A DNA stretch of 64,000 nucleotides from Octopus vulgaris (GCA_951406725.2 OX597817.1:41912001-41976000); one strand, 5' to 3'; counted from the stretch's first letter, positions 49,639-63,960 are shown. Translations and numbers: made by a program. Notes: generated by a model from the letters alone, not told the origin.

Positions 49639-51616
49639 TTAACATCTGTTTTCTTTGCTGGCATGGGTTTGACAGTTTTGACATAGTTTCTATGGCTGGA
49701 TGCCCTTCCTAATGCCAACCACTTTACAGAGTGTACTGGATACTCTTACACAACGTTGGCATGGGTGCATTTACATGGCACTGGCAGAGGCACATTTTAG
49801 GTGACACCAGCAACCACAAGTTAGGAATGCTGAGCTGGAGAAAGATGCAGGGGACAACCTGTATGCAAAGACAACCACACCTTTACTTAGCTTAACATGT
49901 CTTTTCAAGCACAGAAATCTGCTAGGAGCTTATTTTGCCTTAATTTGAAAATAACGAAGAAATTATTGAAATAAATTTGTTATTATTTATTTAGATTAAC
50001 ATGAAATTTTGATAAAAGGTTTAACTTACATAATTTTAAAATATGAATTGTATCATAGAATCAAGGGTCATTTCTGCAGATTGGTATAAGAAGGGTTAAA
50101 GGCCATGGGAAAAGGGATAAGGTCCAGCTTATGTGCATGTAGGCTTGAAAAAGACTTTGAATTTTTCTTAACTTTAAGACCTAGATACCCCTTAAAAAAT
50201 GGAATGATCAAAATTGGAATGCTTTTGGTCATAGGTATCTTGAATCAAAGCTGGTCTTGGGCTAAACAGCAACCTTATTTTAGGCAGATACGAGATCTGA
50301 CTTACATTGGGTTCAAATGTATTTAACTTGATATTATAAATGAGAAGGAGAATTGGAGGTATCCTACAGCGAATCTAGCAAGATAATTAGGTGTTGGTAG
50401 ACTGCTTTTGATCACAGGTCTCCTGAACTAAAGTTGACCTAGGGCTAGACAATAAGCTTTTCTTTTTTTTTTAGGTGGATATGAGGTCTGACTTGTATTA
50501 TTAGACTCACATGTATTTAACTGGATATAAAGTGAGAAAGAAGAAAGAGAATTGGTGATATCATTCAATAAATAACCTAGCATGATAATCAGGTATTAGG
50601 TGTAAAAGTCCTGCAGGAATGAAGAAATGACAAAGTAACAGACACTGGATAATGCTAGAAGTCACAGTGAAGAGTGGTTAGCTAAGCCCTACCCCAACTT
50701 CCCCACCACTAGTATCTAGTGTTTTACCTTATGACCTCCCCCTCTGCTGTGGCTCATTATTTTCACTTCTACCCCTATTACCTCCATCAGGCATCAACAC
50801 TTTCTGTTTTTGTTCTCTCTCTGCTGCTGCCAATGTATTTATTCAGTGACATCAAAAAACATTTTATATAGATTCTCACTGACAAAGATTTCTGCATAAA
50901 ACATTAAACTTTTCCTACTTCCTCACAGCAAACCAATTTATTCCACTTTTGATCTGTTTATACTCACTATTTACAATTGCAGACCATCACTAGATTCCAC
51001 AGAACCTACTATTTACATTACTCTCTTTCCTAACCATTCATGATGGTCACATATCACTGCTACAACCATGACTCTCCCCTCAAATATACTTCCATAAAGA
51101 ACAAACACTCTACATATTCGTGATTGTGGAGTTGGTATAAACACAGATATTTTATAATGTTATATAAAATCAATCCGACTTACAGTCAAAACTTCGATAT
51201 TCTAACCATGACACCACCAATATTTTGTATCCACCCCTTGTCTTTCCCAACAAGCACTATTTTAAGACTTCCTCTTTCACTGAACTGGCAAGCTATCATT
51301 TCAGTTCTAATTCTCTTATTGCTGTTAACTCAACTCATCATCTCGTCATCCCTGTTATTTCATCCTCCCACATCTTATAATAAAACGTTTTCCCAATTGT
51401 TTTTCCCTTGAACTGTAATGTTATAAAGTACCTCCTGATCCCATATTCTTTCCTGTATTTGTCATAATTAAGCTGGTATTTCAAACTCGTTTGAGTGAAA
51501 TTTTGAAAGATTTTAATTTAGATCACTTTAAGACAGGAAGTTTCTGTCATAGAATCAGAGATGATTCTCAGGCAAGTTTTTTCAAAAGAGATAACCACAC
51601 AGCCATGCCTGCACCT

Positions 51617-51890
51617 GTGGAGGCACAATAGCCCAGTGGTTGGGGCAGCAGACTTGCGGTTGGAGGATCACAGTTTCGATTCCCAGACCGGGCGTTGTGT
51701 GTGTTTATTGAGCGAAAACTCCTAAAGCTCCACGAGGCTTCAGCAGGGGGTGGTGGCGACCCCTTTTGTACTCTTTCACCCCAACTTTCTCTCACTCTCT
51801 CTTCTTGTTTCTTGAGTAATGCTGTGATGGACTGGCGTTCTGTCCAGCTGGGAGGAACACATACGCCATAGAAACCGGAAAACCAGGCAC
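51617..51890 (+). mobile_element. tRNA-derived SINE family D variant
   Basis: GTGGAGGCACAATAGCCCAGTGGTT..GTTTCGATTCCC head. Confidence 0.8.
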
Positions 51891-52338
51891 ATAAATAAAA
51901 ACAAATGCCTGCACCTATATTGAAATAATGTTGATCTTCATAATCAGTCATTACTTTCCCATTATTTCTATATGAGCTGATCTTTCATTTTATCAACTGA
52001 GCTGAATATATTTCGAAGATGATGAGATCTATCTAAATGATAGAACTTAACATGTCCAGTTTTGTTTATCACTTAATCAAGAGAAAAGGCAATGCCTCCA
52101 TAGCTGTAAGGCACAGCCATGGATGCAAGGCAGAAGCAGATTCTCAACCATATAGCTTTGGGTTCTGTCCTACTGCATGTCACATAAGTGTGGAATAGAA
52201 TTTGCTTAAGAGGTGCAGACCCAGGTCCAAAATTTTTTTCAATCTTAATATAAAAACAAACACGGGTATAATAATAATAATAATAGTAATAATAATAATA
52301 ATAATCATAATCATCATTATCATTATTATTATTATTAA

Positions 52339-52407
<69 letters not shown>

Positions 52408-52988
52408 TGAGTGAGAGAGCAGTGTATGGCATCAAAGTGACACTGGGGTAAAATATACGAAGCCTAGTATACCCCTCATGACTACCTGTCTGATAAGGGT
52501 GCACTAGGCACATGCATCACAACCATATGTGCGCGACATAATTTCATATCAAACTAAACAGCACATGACCTTGCAGGTGGGGCCCAGTTAGAATTGTCTT
52601 CAGGTCAGGTAGCCCATCCTGCTCAAAAGGTCCCTGAATAAGGATTGTTTAAGGACGTTGAACGAAACAATCATGTTTCCAAGGGTGAATTATTCAAGCC
52701 CCAAAGAATTCCTCTCAACACATGGCTATGGTGCTCCCCCACTACTTCTGCTCATGATCAGAGATGCACATATCATCAACCACTAAGGGACATGCTCAAC
52801 TGGTTAAGTCTCAAACAACTGACAAGAAAATCTGTGGTATTGAACAGAATATTTGCTGTAGCCCATGTTTTATACCAAGACAAAACAATGTACATGATAA
52901 CATTTCCAATCAGTTAAGATCAGAAGCCATGAGAGCCACTGCCTGGTACTGCATCTGCATATTATTATTATTATTATTATTATTACTA

Positions 52989-53068
<80 letters not shown>

Positions 53069-54109
53069 TACACATCAAACAAATCATATAAACTCAGTAA
53101 TGGAAAAATAATATTTTAAATCGATTCAAAGGTTGTTCATTCTGGTGATGAAGTTTTTCAGAAGAATATTCAAATGCCAGTCCTCAGTCAAACCATCCAA
53201 CCCATGCTAGCATAGAAAGTGGACGTCAAATGATGATGATCATGATATATATAAATATATTTCATACATACATGCTTACACCCACTCACATATCTATATG
53301 CTAAATATAGGTTTTAAATATTAAAATAATATATTTAATTAGCTGTTTTAGTGGCATGTTCATTATTGATTGGCATTTTATTTCCATTGACTTTCCTCTT
53401 CTTACGGCTCTGTATGACAAGAATAATAGCATGGAACAGTAATACACGGTTTATTACTTCTATTCAAATTTATATTTGTTCTATTGCAAAAATATACAGG
53501 CAGTAGTTAAATGAAACATCTGAAAATGGTTGTTACAACTGATGGAACCAAGCAGCTTATTGGATTAAAGTCTGAGACTAACAGCTATGGAAATTTTCTT
53601 TGAAATTAATTTTCACTCAAATTCAAATAATGTTATTCTGTGTTCAGGAATAATTTCTAGCCACAAGTCATAATGGCCTATTAAGACAGTAATGATATTA
53701 GGTTTCTATAAGAGATGAATTCCCTTTCTGGATGGAAATTCTATTGCCTTCAAACAAAAAAAAAAAGGTGGGGGTGGGAATTGTTGTTGTTGTTGGTTAT
53801 GTTATTGTTGTTACTGATGCTATCAATTTGGTAGAATCATGAAATTAGATGAAATACCAAGGTTCATCGTCCTGAAATTATTTAGAATTCTAATATGAAG
53901 TTCTGTGTAGTCTTGTATATTACTCAGAGGGCTTTGAGTAATGTCACATAGTTGCAAGAGGCACTCAGCTCAATATTGCTATTTAGCATAAGAACAAAGT
54001 CAGAGATTAGTATGAGGGATATAGTCATTTAGACTGATCCAAATATTCAACTGGTATTTATTTCATCAACCCTAGACTGATGAAAGACAAAGTCAACCTC
54101 AATGGGATT

Positions 54110-54614
54110 TTAACCCTTTCGTTACTTTATTTATTTTGACATACTCTGTGAGTTCATGGCTGTTTCCTGCACCAGCTTCACATAGAAGCCCCAGTCCATC
54201 CAAAGTACTTGGATCGCAGGATGGCCTGCTGTGCTTACCTTGGATCGTAGGGCAACCTGCTGTGCTTGAGGAGACCTATTGAGTCAAGTACATCAACATC
54301 AAAATAGAAATCAAATGGAAATTGTAGTTGTGATACCTGTGCCATTGGCACATAAAAAGCACCAAAAGGGTTAAATTAGTCATTTGTTAACCCTTTTGTT
54401 GTCATATTTCTTTTGAGATGCTCTGTGTTTCTTTCAGTTACTTTAAATATAACAAAGAATTTAGTAAAATGTCTTAGTTATCATAAAACTAGTGTTAGAA
54501 ACATAAATTGTGACAAAGGTTTGGTGGAAGATTTTAATTCAAAACTTATGAAAACAAGACATTTGTACTCAGAGCCAGAGCTGGTTTCAGCTGGGTTGGT
54601 AACGAAAGGGTTAA
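54110..54614 (-). mobile_element. piggyBac-type TTAA MITE dimer; the first unit is largely replaced by an RTE UTR fragment (54150-54364)
   Basis: TTAA-CCCTTT..AAAGGG-TTAA ends at 54110/54374 and 54387/54614; reverse complement of 59968-60435. Confidence 0.75.
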
Positions 54615-56644
54615 ATCTGTATGTAACGGAACACAACTAACTTAACACTACAAGGTATTGTGTATTGTGTTTGCTACTCAACCAATCCTTCCATAGACAC
54701 TGGTTAATTAGAAGAAAAGAAGGAATTGTCCTTCAGATTATTTATATGCAGAAACACTTGAAATTTTCCAAGGAAATGAAATAACATAAAAAAGTGTATT
54801 TATGTTATGACATTTAAAAATTTTTCATTTAGCACTTGAGAATGTATGTACCTTTACATGCATGCATGTGTATGTGTCTGTATGTGTGTTGTGTTGTGTG
54901 TGTGAACATATTTCTGATGTATTTTATTTATTGTGTAAATTCAGTAGTTTTTTTTTTGGGGGGTGGGGGGGCAGAATTGTCACTCAAACAATGAATTAAA
55001 CAAGCACTGCTCAAAAACAGTGGTACCCAGTCTTTTGATAGTTGGACATGCTAAATGGGAGGAAAAAGGATTTTGGTTCAGGAAGGACATCCAGCTGTAG
55101 AAACCATGCCAAATCAGAATCATCACCATCATCATCACCTCCTCCTCCTCCTCCCCCTCATCACCACCACCACCACCACCACCACCATCATCATCACTGC
55201 TGCTATATCCTCGTCATTGTTGTCATCACTGTTGTCATCATGACCATGATCATCGTCGTCATTGTCATCATTATCATCATCTTCCACTTCTTCACTTGGC
55301 AGTAACCATACTAGTAGCAATTTGCTCTGCATAAACAATATCTATTTTATCAATTGTAATATATAGTTTGCTTCCCATATTTCTATAAAAAGCACAGGAA
55401 AATAATTATGGAAATCTGTTTATTGTTTATTGCAAAATTAAAGTCTTCAGTCTTTTCTATTTATAAATGTCCATTTATAAAACAAACTTTTCACACAAAC
55501 ACTTTAGCTCTAAGAAAACACCTTTAACATTCAATTCACAAACAACAACAGCTATCATCATTATCATCATCGCTTTACATCTTCTTTTCCTTGCTGGCAT
55601 GGGTTAGGATGGAGCTTTGGGGACAATGTTTTTTGACCAGATGCTGTTTTTTTATAAACAATCCTTTTAATCACCTCTTAAAACTCACAGTAATACAGGG
55701 TGCCTATTTTAAAACTAAGGTCCATACAGTTTGATACAAAAATGAAATAATATCTGTCAACAAGGACTGAACTTATTTTTTATGATTCAGCTGTTAGCTA
55801 ACCCTAGGTTGGCCCCAGCCCAGCAGATCTGTGATCAAGGGCTTTCAAACCATGACCATCACATATATTCTTTCAACAATATGTATCTCAGACAGCTCAT
55901 TTTTCAAGATAGTAAAATCTTGTTTGAGGAAGATTTGGCTGTTATTTCTAACTGATTAAATGATATATAGATGTGCCTTCCAAGGGTTCACTATGATCCA
56001 GTAATTATTGCTAGTAATCACCATGTACTTCAGTTAATAGATTTGATTAATAAAACAACTTAAGAGTAATTTTCTATTAATTAAATGATATGTCTAAGGC
56101 TGTGAGCTGGCAGAATCATTAGCACACTGGACAAAATGCTTAGCAGTATTTCACCTGTCACTACATTCTGAGTTCAAATTCCACCAAGGTCAACTTCACC
56201 TTTCATCCTTTCAGGATCAATATATTAAGTACCAATGTAATACTGGGGTCAATGTAATCAACTATCTCCCTCCCTCAAATTGTAGGCCCTGTGCCTTTAG
56301 TAGGCAGGATTAATTAAATGCCATATTAAATTTTGAATAAGAAGCAGCCCTAATAATGTAAAGTCCACAGGGACTTATCCTCGGATGAAGTCCCACAGCT
56401 AATAAACATATAAACAAAATACAGGCTTTAAGTATGCAAGACTGGTAAATGAAGTATGTTTATTGTATCTTGGGGAAAGGTCTTTATACCGATAATTAAA
56501 CAACTACTCCAAAATACAACCAAACCAAGAATCTTGTAAACCAAATACAGAAAAAAAATATTTTTAAGGAACAGTCTAACTATATTTTTGTAGTATCAAG
56601 AAGATATAAAAAGGGACCTTAATATGGTAGAAGTATACTACCAG

Positions 56645-56876
56645 CAGTGAGCTGGCAGAAACGTTAGCGCACTGGGTGAAATGCTTTGTGATATTTTGTC
56701 CACCGCTGTGTTCTGAGTTCAAATTCCACCGAGGTCGACTTTGTCTTTCATCCTTTCGGGGTCGATAAATTAAGTACCAGTTATGCACTGGAGTCGATGT
56801 AATCAACTTAATCCCTTTGTCTGTCCTTGTTTGTCCCCTCTATATTTATCCCCTTGTGGGTAATAAAGAAATAAGT
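56645..56876 (+). mobile_element. SINE family C (Meta-like); another older copy at ~56095-56310
   Basis: GAGCTGGCAGAAACGTTAGC..GAGTTCAAATTCCACCGAGGTCGACTTTG. Confidence 0.8.
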
Positions 56877-57329
56877 AGTATACTACAGCCACCGAGTTAT
56901 GAACCCACAATAACTGCACTGTTGTTGTTTTTGATGTTGAGCCTTGGGTCAACCCCAATCAAGTAAATCTAAAATCAAAGACGTTCCAACTGTGACTGCT
57001 CTGTCTTTGATCATATTTTTCAATGTAGCTTTCTTTATTAACTCTTGATATAAATCTACCTGAGACAACTTCTAGTTCTCTGATAAAAGACTTCTGATTT
57101 GAAAGTGATCTAAAATAGACCCTTTTATTAAAATTTCACTCTAATTTTTGTTCTAAACACCAGCTTAATCTTAACAATGACAAAGTTATGTAATTAAATT
57201 CTTCATTACTTTCAAGATTAATCAAAACAAAATCAGTGTAATGGATAATTCAGAATGAATAGTACAAAAACAAAACATACCTATGAGTGCTGTAATATAT
57301 ATATATATATTGCTACAATACAGATGTAT

Positions 57330-57722
57330 TGGTAAGTAGCTTGCTTACGAACTGCAGGGTTCCTGGTTCAGTCCTACTGCGTGGCACCTTGGGCAAGTGT
57401 CTTCTACTATAGCCTCAGGCCAACCAAAGCCTTGTGAGTGGATTTGGTAGATGGAAACTGAAAAAAGCCCATCGTGTATATGTATATATATATGTATGTG
57501 TGTGTATATGTTTGTGTGTCTGTGTTTGTCCCCCCAACACTTGACAACCGATGCTGGTGTGTTTATGTCCCTGTAACTTAATGGTTAATGGTTCAGCAAA
57601 AGAGACTGATAGAATAAGTACTAAGCTTACAAAGAATAAGTCCTGGGGTCGATTTGCTCGACTATAGGCGGTGCTCCAGCATGGCCATAGTCAAATGACT
57701 GAAACAAGTAAAAGAGTAAAGA
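57330..57722 (+). mobile_element. tRNA-derived SINE family A
   Basis: As 8926-9345. Confidence 0.85.
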
Positions 57723-58247
57723 AAGGTTATCTCTCCAAGTTTTGATTGGTAACACTGATGATCTGAATTGAGCATCTCTGAGTACCAGTAGAAATCTGAA
57801 GAGTTAACCTTTCATGTTACGTCTCTTTTTGCAACATATTCATTACAACACCCACAGGAATTTTTTTTTCTTGTACTATTTATTTTCATTTACTCTGTAT
57901 TTCAACAGAAATATGTTTAACAAAAGGGTAAAATATGGTTGAGGGAGATTTGGTTGCTATTACCGTCAAATTGCTTTTTGATATCCTTCCTTCAAAGAAA
58001 AGGACATACTAGATAATGCATTCCTAGTTGTTTGGCAAAAAAGATGGGATGGTCATGGCTAGAATCACTTTGGTCATAGGTCTGTTTAATCAGGATTGAC
58101 CGACAGTTAAAAAACAATAGTAACAACAACCAAACAATAAAACATTTAGTGTCTTTGTTCATAAATACTAAATGAACTAATCAGATTAAATGTCTGGATA
58201 AATGTTTACATTTAATGTCAGATTTAAATTTTGCACTAGTATACACT

Positions 58248-58292
<45 letters not shown>

Positions 58293-58599
58293 ACAGAGGT
58301 ACATATCCACTCTCCAGTACACATTATATTGAGGAAGTTCAGGTTTTCTGTGCTATTTATAGAGATGAAGTGACTACAATCTTTCTCTGATGGACATTAG
58401 CATGTCAATATAAAACAACCACCATCATCCATATCGTAGATGGTGTTCATTTCATTGTTTAATCCCCAGATAAGCCCCAGTTGTTCAAATCGTTACCTAC
58501 ATTCCCTAGCCCTTAGGTGCCTTTTATAGAATCTACTCTGATGAAAACATCTGGGGATAATCTCTACTTTTGTTTTATTGGTTTCGTCTGAAAGAAGCG

Positions 58600-59830
58600 G
58601 CTGTCACAGGGTCTTCGTGGTCTTGACAGGACTTCTGACAGTACAGGGACTAATGCTGTTAATATACTTCTTAAATAGTTCCAGTGTGACAGCAGCAGGA
58701 ATGACATCCCTTGGGAAGACATTCCAGAGGGGAGATACTGTGGGGAAGAAGATCTGAGAGCAGTGGTTATGATAGAGTCTTGAATTGGAGTGTGAGGTAG
58801 ACATGATGATGATGATGATGATGATGATGATAAGAAGAGGGGAGCCAAGTGAATTGATGTGTGTGAGTAGATCTGACACAAGAACCGTTGATTCCAAAGA
58901 GTAGAGACCACTGTAGTAGTGGTAGAAAAAGCAGAAAGAGGGGACAATATCTGGGAGGAAGAGGCTGGAGTTTGCTTGAGTATGGGTTTATGCCAAGCAG
59001 GCAAATGGCCTCTTTTTGGACATGATCTAGGCAGCTCCATCACGTGACTTTTAGGGGCCCCTGCAACCTTTTGTTCCGAGGCCCCATTCCTTCAATGAAA
59101 ATTCATAATCTTTGCACCTTTTATTCATAGCTATATTTTATTTTACTCTATCTGAAGTTCAATATTTCATGTTATCCTAAAGAACATCTTTAAAAGTACA
59201 ACAATTTAAATTCATTTAGATCTATTACAAATTTCAATAAGTAAAACTTCCAGATTTGAATATAAGAGCACTTTTATAATCCAGGCAAATTTCAAAGACA
59301 AACATGGTGCACTTTTTGCTTCACAAAATCATCAATCAGTTCAGAATAATCAAACTGAGAATTAAGTTTGTGTTCAATAGCTATCATAGACAATCCACAA
59401 AGTCTGGTACATGTCTGTGGTGCAATGTAATATTTTTACAAGAACTTTTGCAGGTACACTGTATTACCATTTTATTTATTGAAATTTTCAGTTAACATGG
59501 ATAGTTTAATTCTTGTTCAATATCTTAATCAAAGTAAATAGATGACTCATCTATGTACTTTGATCTTAACATGGGGCCCATCAACCGTGGAGGCCCCTGC
59601 GACCACAGGGGTTGCAGGAGCTTAGCGACGACCCTTGGTCTAGGGTGTCTGCATGCATTGCAGCAGTACTTTCTCAGATGTGGGTGCAGTGGGAGCAGTT
59701 CTCTGTTGTGGGTCTCTCATGAGGTTTGTGGAGGATTAGTAGACATTGGGAAGGGTCGGGTTGAGGATGCAGTATTTTCTAACTTTGGAGAAAAGTATTT
59801 CAGAAAAGCAGTGACTGAAAGCAACAACTC
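58600..59830 (-). mobile_element. Decayed CR1/L2/Jockey-group LINE 3' fragment, split by a hAT-type insertion
   Basis: Minus: ..LLILHK..RPTTENCSH..DTLD|HVQKEAICL.. and ..IFFPTVSPLWNVFP..AVTLELFKKYIN, resembling the RP.LEYCS..LD.VQ and SFFPR...WN.LP motifs. Confidence 0.65.
59032..59637. mobile_element. Non-autonomous hAT-type DNA element
   Basis: Begins CAG, carries GGGGCCC/GGCCCC subterminal motifs at both ends, and is flanked by duplicated TCTAGG (gatctagg / ggtctagg). Removing it restores the LINE reading DTLDHVQKEA. Confidence 0.65.
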
Positions 59831-59967
59831 TTGATAAAAATCTCAGAGGTCCTAAAAGAGATTATGGACATAATTCTTCAACTTCTGGTTAGTTTATTAA
59901 AAATATACAACAGTAGGCCTTTCCAACCTATTGTTTCTTTTGTAGACATGTATCTAGAACCACAATA

Positions 59968-60435
59968 TTAACCCTTTCATTACCAACCCTGCTGAAACCG
60001 GCTCTGGCTCTGAGTACAAATGTCTTGTTTTCATAAATTTTGAATTAAAATCTTCCACCAAATCTTAGTCGCAATTTATGTTCCTAATATTAGCTGAATG
60101 ATAACTAAGATATTTTACTAAATTCTTTGTTATATTTAAATTAATTGAAAGAAACACAGAGCATCTCAACAGAAATATGACAACAAAAGGGTTAACAAAT
60201 GACTAATTTAACCCTTTTGATAGCAACCCAGCTGAAACCGGATCAGGCTCTGAGTACAAATATCTTGTTTTCATAAGTTTTGAATAAAAATCTTCCACCA
60301 AATCTTAGTCACCATTTATGTTCCTAACACTAACTGAATGATAACTAAGTTATTTTACTAAATTCTTTGTTATATTTAAAGTAATTGAAAGAAACACAGA
60401 TCATCTCAAAATAAATACAGTAATGAAAGGGTTAA
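59968..60435 (+). mobile_element. piggyBac-type TTAA MITE tandem dimer
   Basis: Two ~228-bp direct units (59968-60195, 60208-60435), each TTAA-CCCTTT...AAAGGG-TTAA, with the 12-bp spacer CAAATGACTAAT. Confidence 0.85.
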
Positions 60436-61301
60436 ATGCATCCTCCTTTTTGTTAGACAGTAGGGTGTAATTTCAAATTTGGTTGCCATTTCTAGGAAGA
60501 TGAGCAACCACAGACGGTCTCTATCCTTAGAACTAAATTTTAAACACTCTATATAAATGTTCCATGAGAGAAATTAAAACAAACTACAGGATCAATCCCA
60601 GTAAGATACTGATAATTGACTACATTCCATGTGAGAAACTGCAAGATTTTTCATTTACATATTGCTCAATGGAATGAAATATGGTAAAACAATGATAGTG
60701 AATATATAAAAAAAAAGTTCCTTTGTGTGGAATTCAAGATAAATATAACTCAAGATAAATATATATGTTAAGATCTAAGATGGATATAATATTCCAGGCG
60801 TATACTTAGACTTATAAAGAAAATCATGCAGAACAGTTATTTTTCATGGTATTGTATCATATCTGTGTTGAGTTCCGCAATATTGAATAAATGTGAACGG
60901 GCTAGAGAAATGATTCCTTGACTCAAAAAGCTTCAGGAAATCAATCTTTTAAGCATCTGTTTCCAACAAAAGATACCAATCTATCCATGTACAATGTATG
61001 TCCATCCCAATGAGAATAACTCAATAAGGTGCTGTAATCTTTTACTCAAGAAAAGAAGCTGATTTCTTTTGTTTCATTGCTGTAGAACACTTCAACTAAC
61101 TCCCAATCGATGTCACAAAAGCAACATTTAAAGTCCTGCTACATGTATATTATCTCTCTCTATCTCTCTCTCTTTCTCTCTCTCTCACCCACTCTTGCTC
61201 TCTGTTATTTTTTATCTTTCTCTCCCACTCTCTGTGTTTCTCTCTCCTTTTTTCCAAATCTGCTTTATAGACTTAGGTTTGATAATATTGATTTCTGAAT
61301 A

Positions 61302-61727
61302 AAGGCGGTGAGCTGGCAGAAACGTTAGCATGCCGGGTGAAATGCTTAGCAGTATTTCATCTGCCACTACGTTCTGAGTTCAAATTCTGCTGAGATTGAC
61401 TTTGCCTTTTATTCTTTCAGGTTCGATTAAATAAGTACAAGTTATGCATCGAGGTCGATATAATCGACTTAATCCATTTGTCTGTCCCCTCTGTGTCTAG
61501 CCCCTTGTGGGTAGTAAAGAAATAAGAAACATTAGCATGCCGGGCGAAAAGCTTAGCAGTATTCCATCTGTCTTTACATTTTGAGTTCAAATTCTGCCGA
61601 GGTTGACTTTACCTTTCATCCTTTCGGGGTCAATAAGTTAAATTCTAGTTGCATACTGGGGTCGATCTAATCGACTGGCCCCCTTCTCCAAAAATTTCAG
61701 GTCTTGTGCCTAGAGTAGAAAAGAATA
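61302..61727 (+). mobile_element. Two tandem SINE family C (Meta-like) copies with different tails
   Basis: Heads at ~61302 and ~61525. Confidence 0.8.
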
Positions 61728-61839
61728 TTGATTTCTGCATAGATGTATGCATTGCTGCGTGGTTGGGAAGTTTGTTTTGCAATGATAAGGTTTGAGTTCA
61801 GTTTCACACTTGCTTCCCAATCATGTGGGAATATATGTA

Positions 61840-61895
<56 letters not shown>

Positions 61896-62185
61896 TATAT
61901 ATATGAAAGAAGGTTTCAAAATGCAATTTTAAAGATGCTTATTCACTTGACCGGTTTCACATTTTTAGACAAAGATTGACAAAAGTAAAATGTAAAGCTT
62001 TGTTGTGTTAAATACTGGTTGTCACAAAAGTATTAAAATACATATATACATTCTTTGATAATAATAAGAAAATGTTAAAAACAGTTTACAAGGAAAAGTC
62101 TTGAGAAAATATTTAAAAGTTCATTAAAAATATTAGGATTTCCTTAAAAATCATGTTTGTTTGGAAGTATCTATCTGTCTATCTG

Positions 62186-62254
<69 letters not shown>

Positions 62255-62266
62255 ATATATATAAAT

Positions 62267-62493
62267 GTGAAAAGAGTACAGCGAACTGGCTGTGCGGAGT
62301 GGAACATCCAACGTTTCGGATTCAGTCCTTCACCAAGGGGTAGAGAAAAAGAGAAGAAAGTTAAAAAGAGTTTCAAGCTGAGAAGATGTAAACTCGGTTT
62401 GGCTTACTTCTCTTTTTCTCTAACCCCTGACGAAGGATTGAATCTGAAATGGATGTTCCACTCCTCACAGCAAGTTCACTGTATCCTTTTCAC
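62267..62493. mobile_element. Fold-back element with a hammerhead motif in each arm
   Basis: Arms 62267-62358 / 62406-62493. Minus 62307-62340: CCCC TTGGTGA A GGA-CTGAA-TCC GAAACGTT GGA. Plus 62423-62455: CCC CTGACGA A GGA-TTGAA-TCT GAAA TGG. Confidence 0.78.
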
Positions 62494-62537
62494 TTTTATC
62501 TATATTTTTTCAAGTCTTGACGACACAGGGCTACTAG

Positions 62538-62576
<39 letters not shown>

Positions 62577-62579
<3 letters not shown>

Positions 62580-62740
62580 CGCAGGAGTGGCTGTGTGGTA
62601 AGTAGCTTGCTAACCAACCACATGGTTCTGGGTTCAGTCCCACTGCGTAGCATCTTGGGCAAGTGTCTTCTGCTATAGCCCCGGGCCGACCAATGCCTTG
62701 TGAGTGGATTTGGTAGACGGAAACTGAAAGAAGCCTGTCG

Positions 62741-62776
<36 letters not shown>

Positions 62777-62992
62777 GTTGTGTGTCTGTGTTTGTCCCCC
62801 TAGCATTGCTTGACAACCGATGCTGGTGTGTTAACGTCCCCGTCACTTAGCGGTTCGGCAAAAGAGACTGATAGAATAAGTACTGGGCTTACAAAGAATA
62901 AGTCCCGGGGTCGATTTGTTCAACTAAAGGCGGTGCTCCAGCATGGCCACAGTCAAATGACTGAAACAAGTAAAAGAGTAAGAGTAAAGAGA
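62577..62992 (+). mobile_element. tRNA-derived SINE family A, full length
   Basis: As 8926-9345. Confidence 0.9.
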
Positions 62993-63518
62993 TATGAGAT
63001 AAATGAATAGATAGACAGACAGATACACAGGTAGATAGATAGATAGACAGACAGACAGACAAACAGATAGAGAGATGGCTAGATAGTTAGAGAGATAGAT
63101 AGATATTTATATTGTCAAGCAGTATATTTTTAATTATAGCATATAATTGGTGAGAATATTACCAACAATTTGGTGCTGGCTATTGGCAATATTAACAACT
63201 CTTCAGACATGCTGGCTGGAAGTCCATAATCTCTTTAGGTAAATGTACATGGAATTCTGCTTGTCTTGGTAACGGTAAATTAATTACAACATAAGAGTGA
63301 TGAAAAGTTATAACATTTTTCAGCTTAGAAGTTCAGCATGCAGACAGGTGATAGAGTACCTTATTTGAAAATAAATAGAAGTTGGCATGAAAAAAAATGG
63401 CACCTGGCTGCAGAATAGTGTCTTTGTAATCTCATTCAACAAAGTTGGTGAGCTGACAGAACCATTAGCATACTGGGTAAAATGCTTTGCAGCATTTTGA
63501 CTGTTCTCATGTTCATCG

Positions 63519-63555
<37 letters not shown>

Positions 63556-63629
63556 TATCCTCCTCCTCCTCCTCCTCCTCCTCCTCCTCATCATCATCAT
63601 CATCATCGTCATCATCATTATCGTCGTCG

Positions 63630-63960
63630 TCATCAACGTTTGTTGTCCATGCTGGCATGGGTTGGAACGGTTTGACTGGGCTGATATGCTGGAAGGCTGC
63701 ACCAGGCTCCAGTCTGATTTGGCATGGTTTTCTATGGCTGGATGCCCTTTCTAATGCCAACCACTCTCAGAGTGTAATGGGTGCTTTTATGTGCCACTGG
63801 CATGGGTCCCATTTGCGTGACACCAGTATCTGCCATGACTGCGATTTTCCTTGGCTTGAAGGGTCTTTTCTTCTCAAGCATGACATAATGTCAAAGGCCT
63901 TGGTCATTGCCTCCATGAGGCCCAAAAGGAACTCAGCCCTTTGCCTCCATGGGGCCCAAC
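63630..63960 (-). mobile_element. RTE 3'UTR fragment
   Basis: Similar to 23980-24345. Confidence 0.75.

Noticed and set aside
52408-52960. Complex segment between (ATT)n tracts with 90-146-aa ORFs
   Set aside because: Probably an interspersed repeat, but it occurs once in this window and has no diagnostic motif, so it cannot be classified.
54077-54086. CTGATGAAA as a hammerhead core (also 58538-58548)
   Set aside because: No stem II between the boxes; 54077 lies inside a decayed family C SINE.
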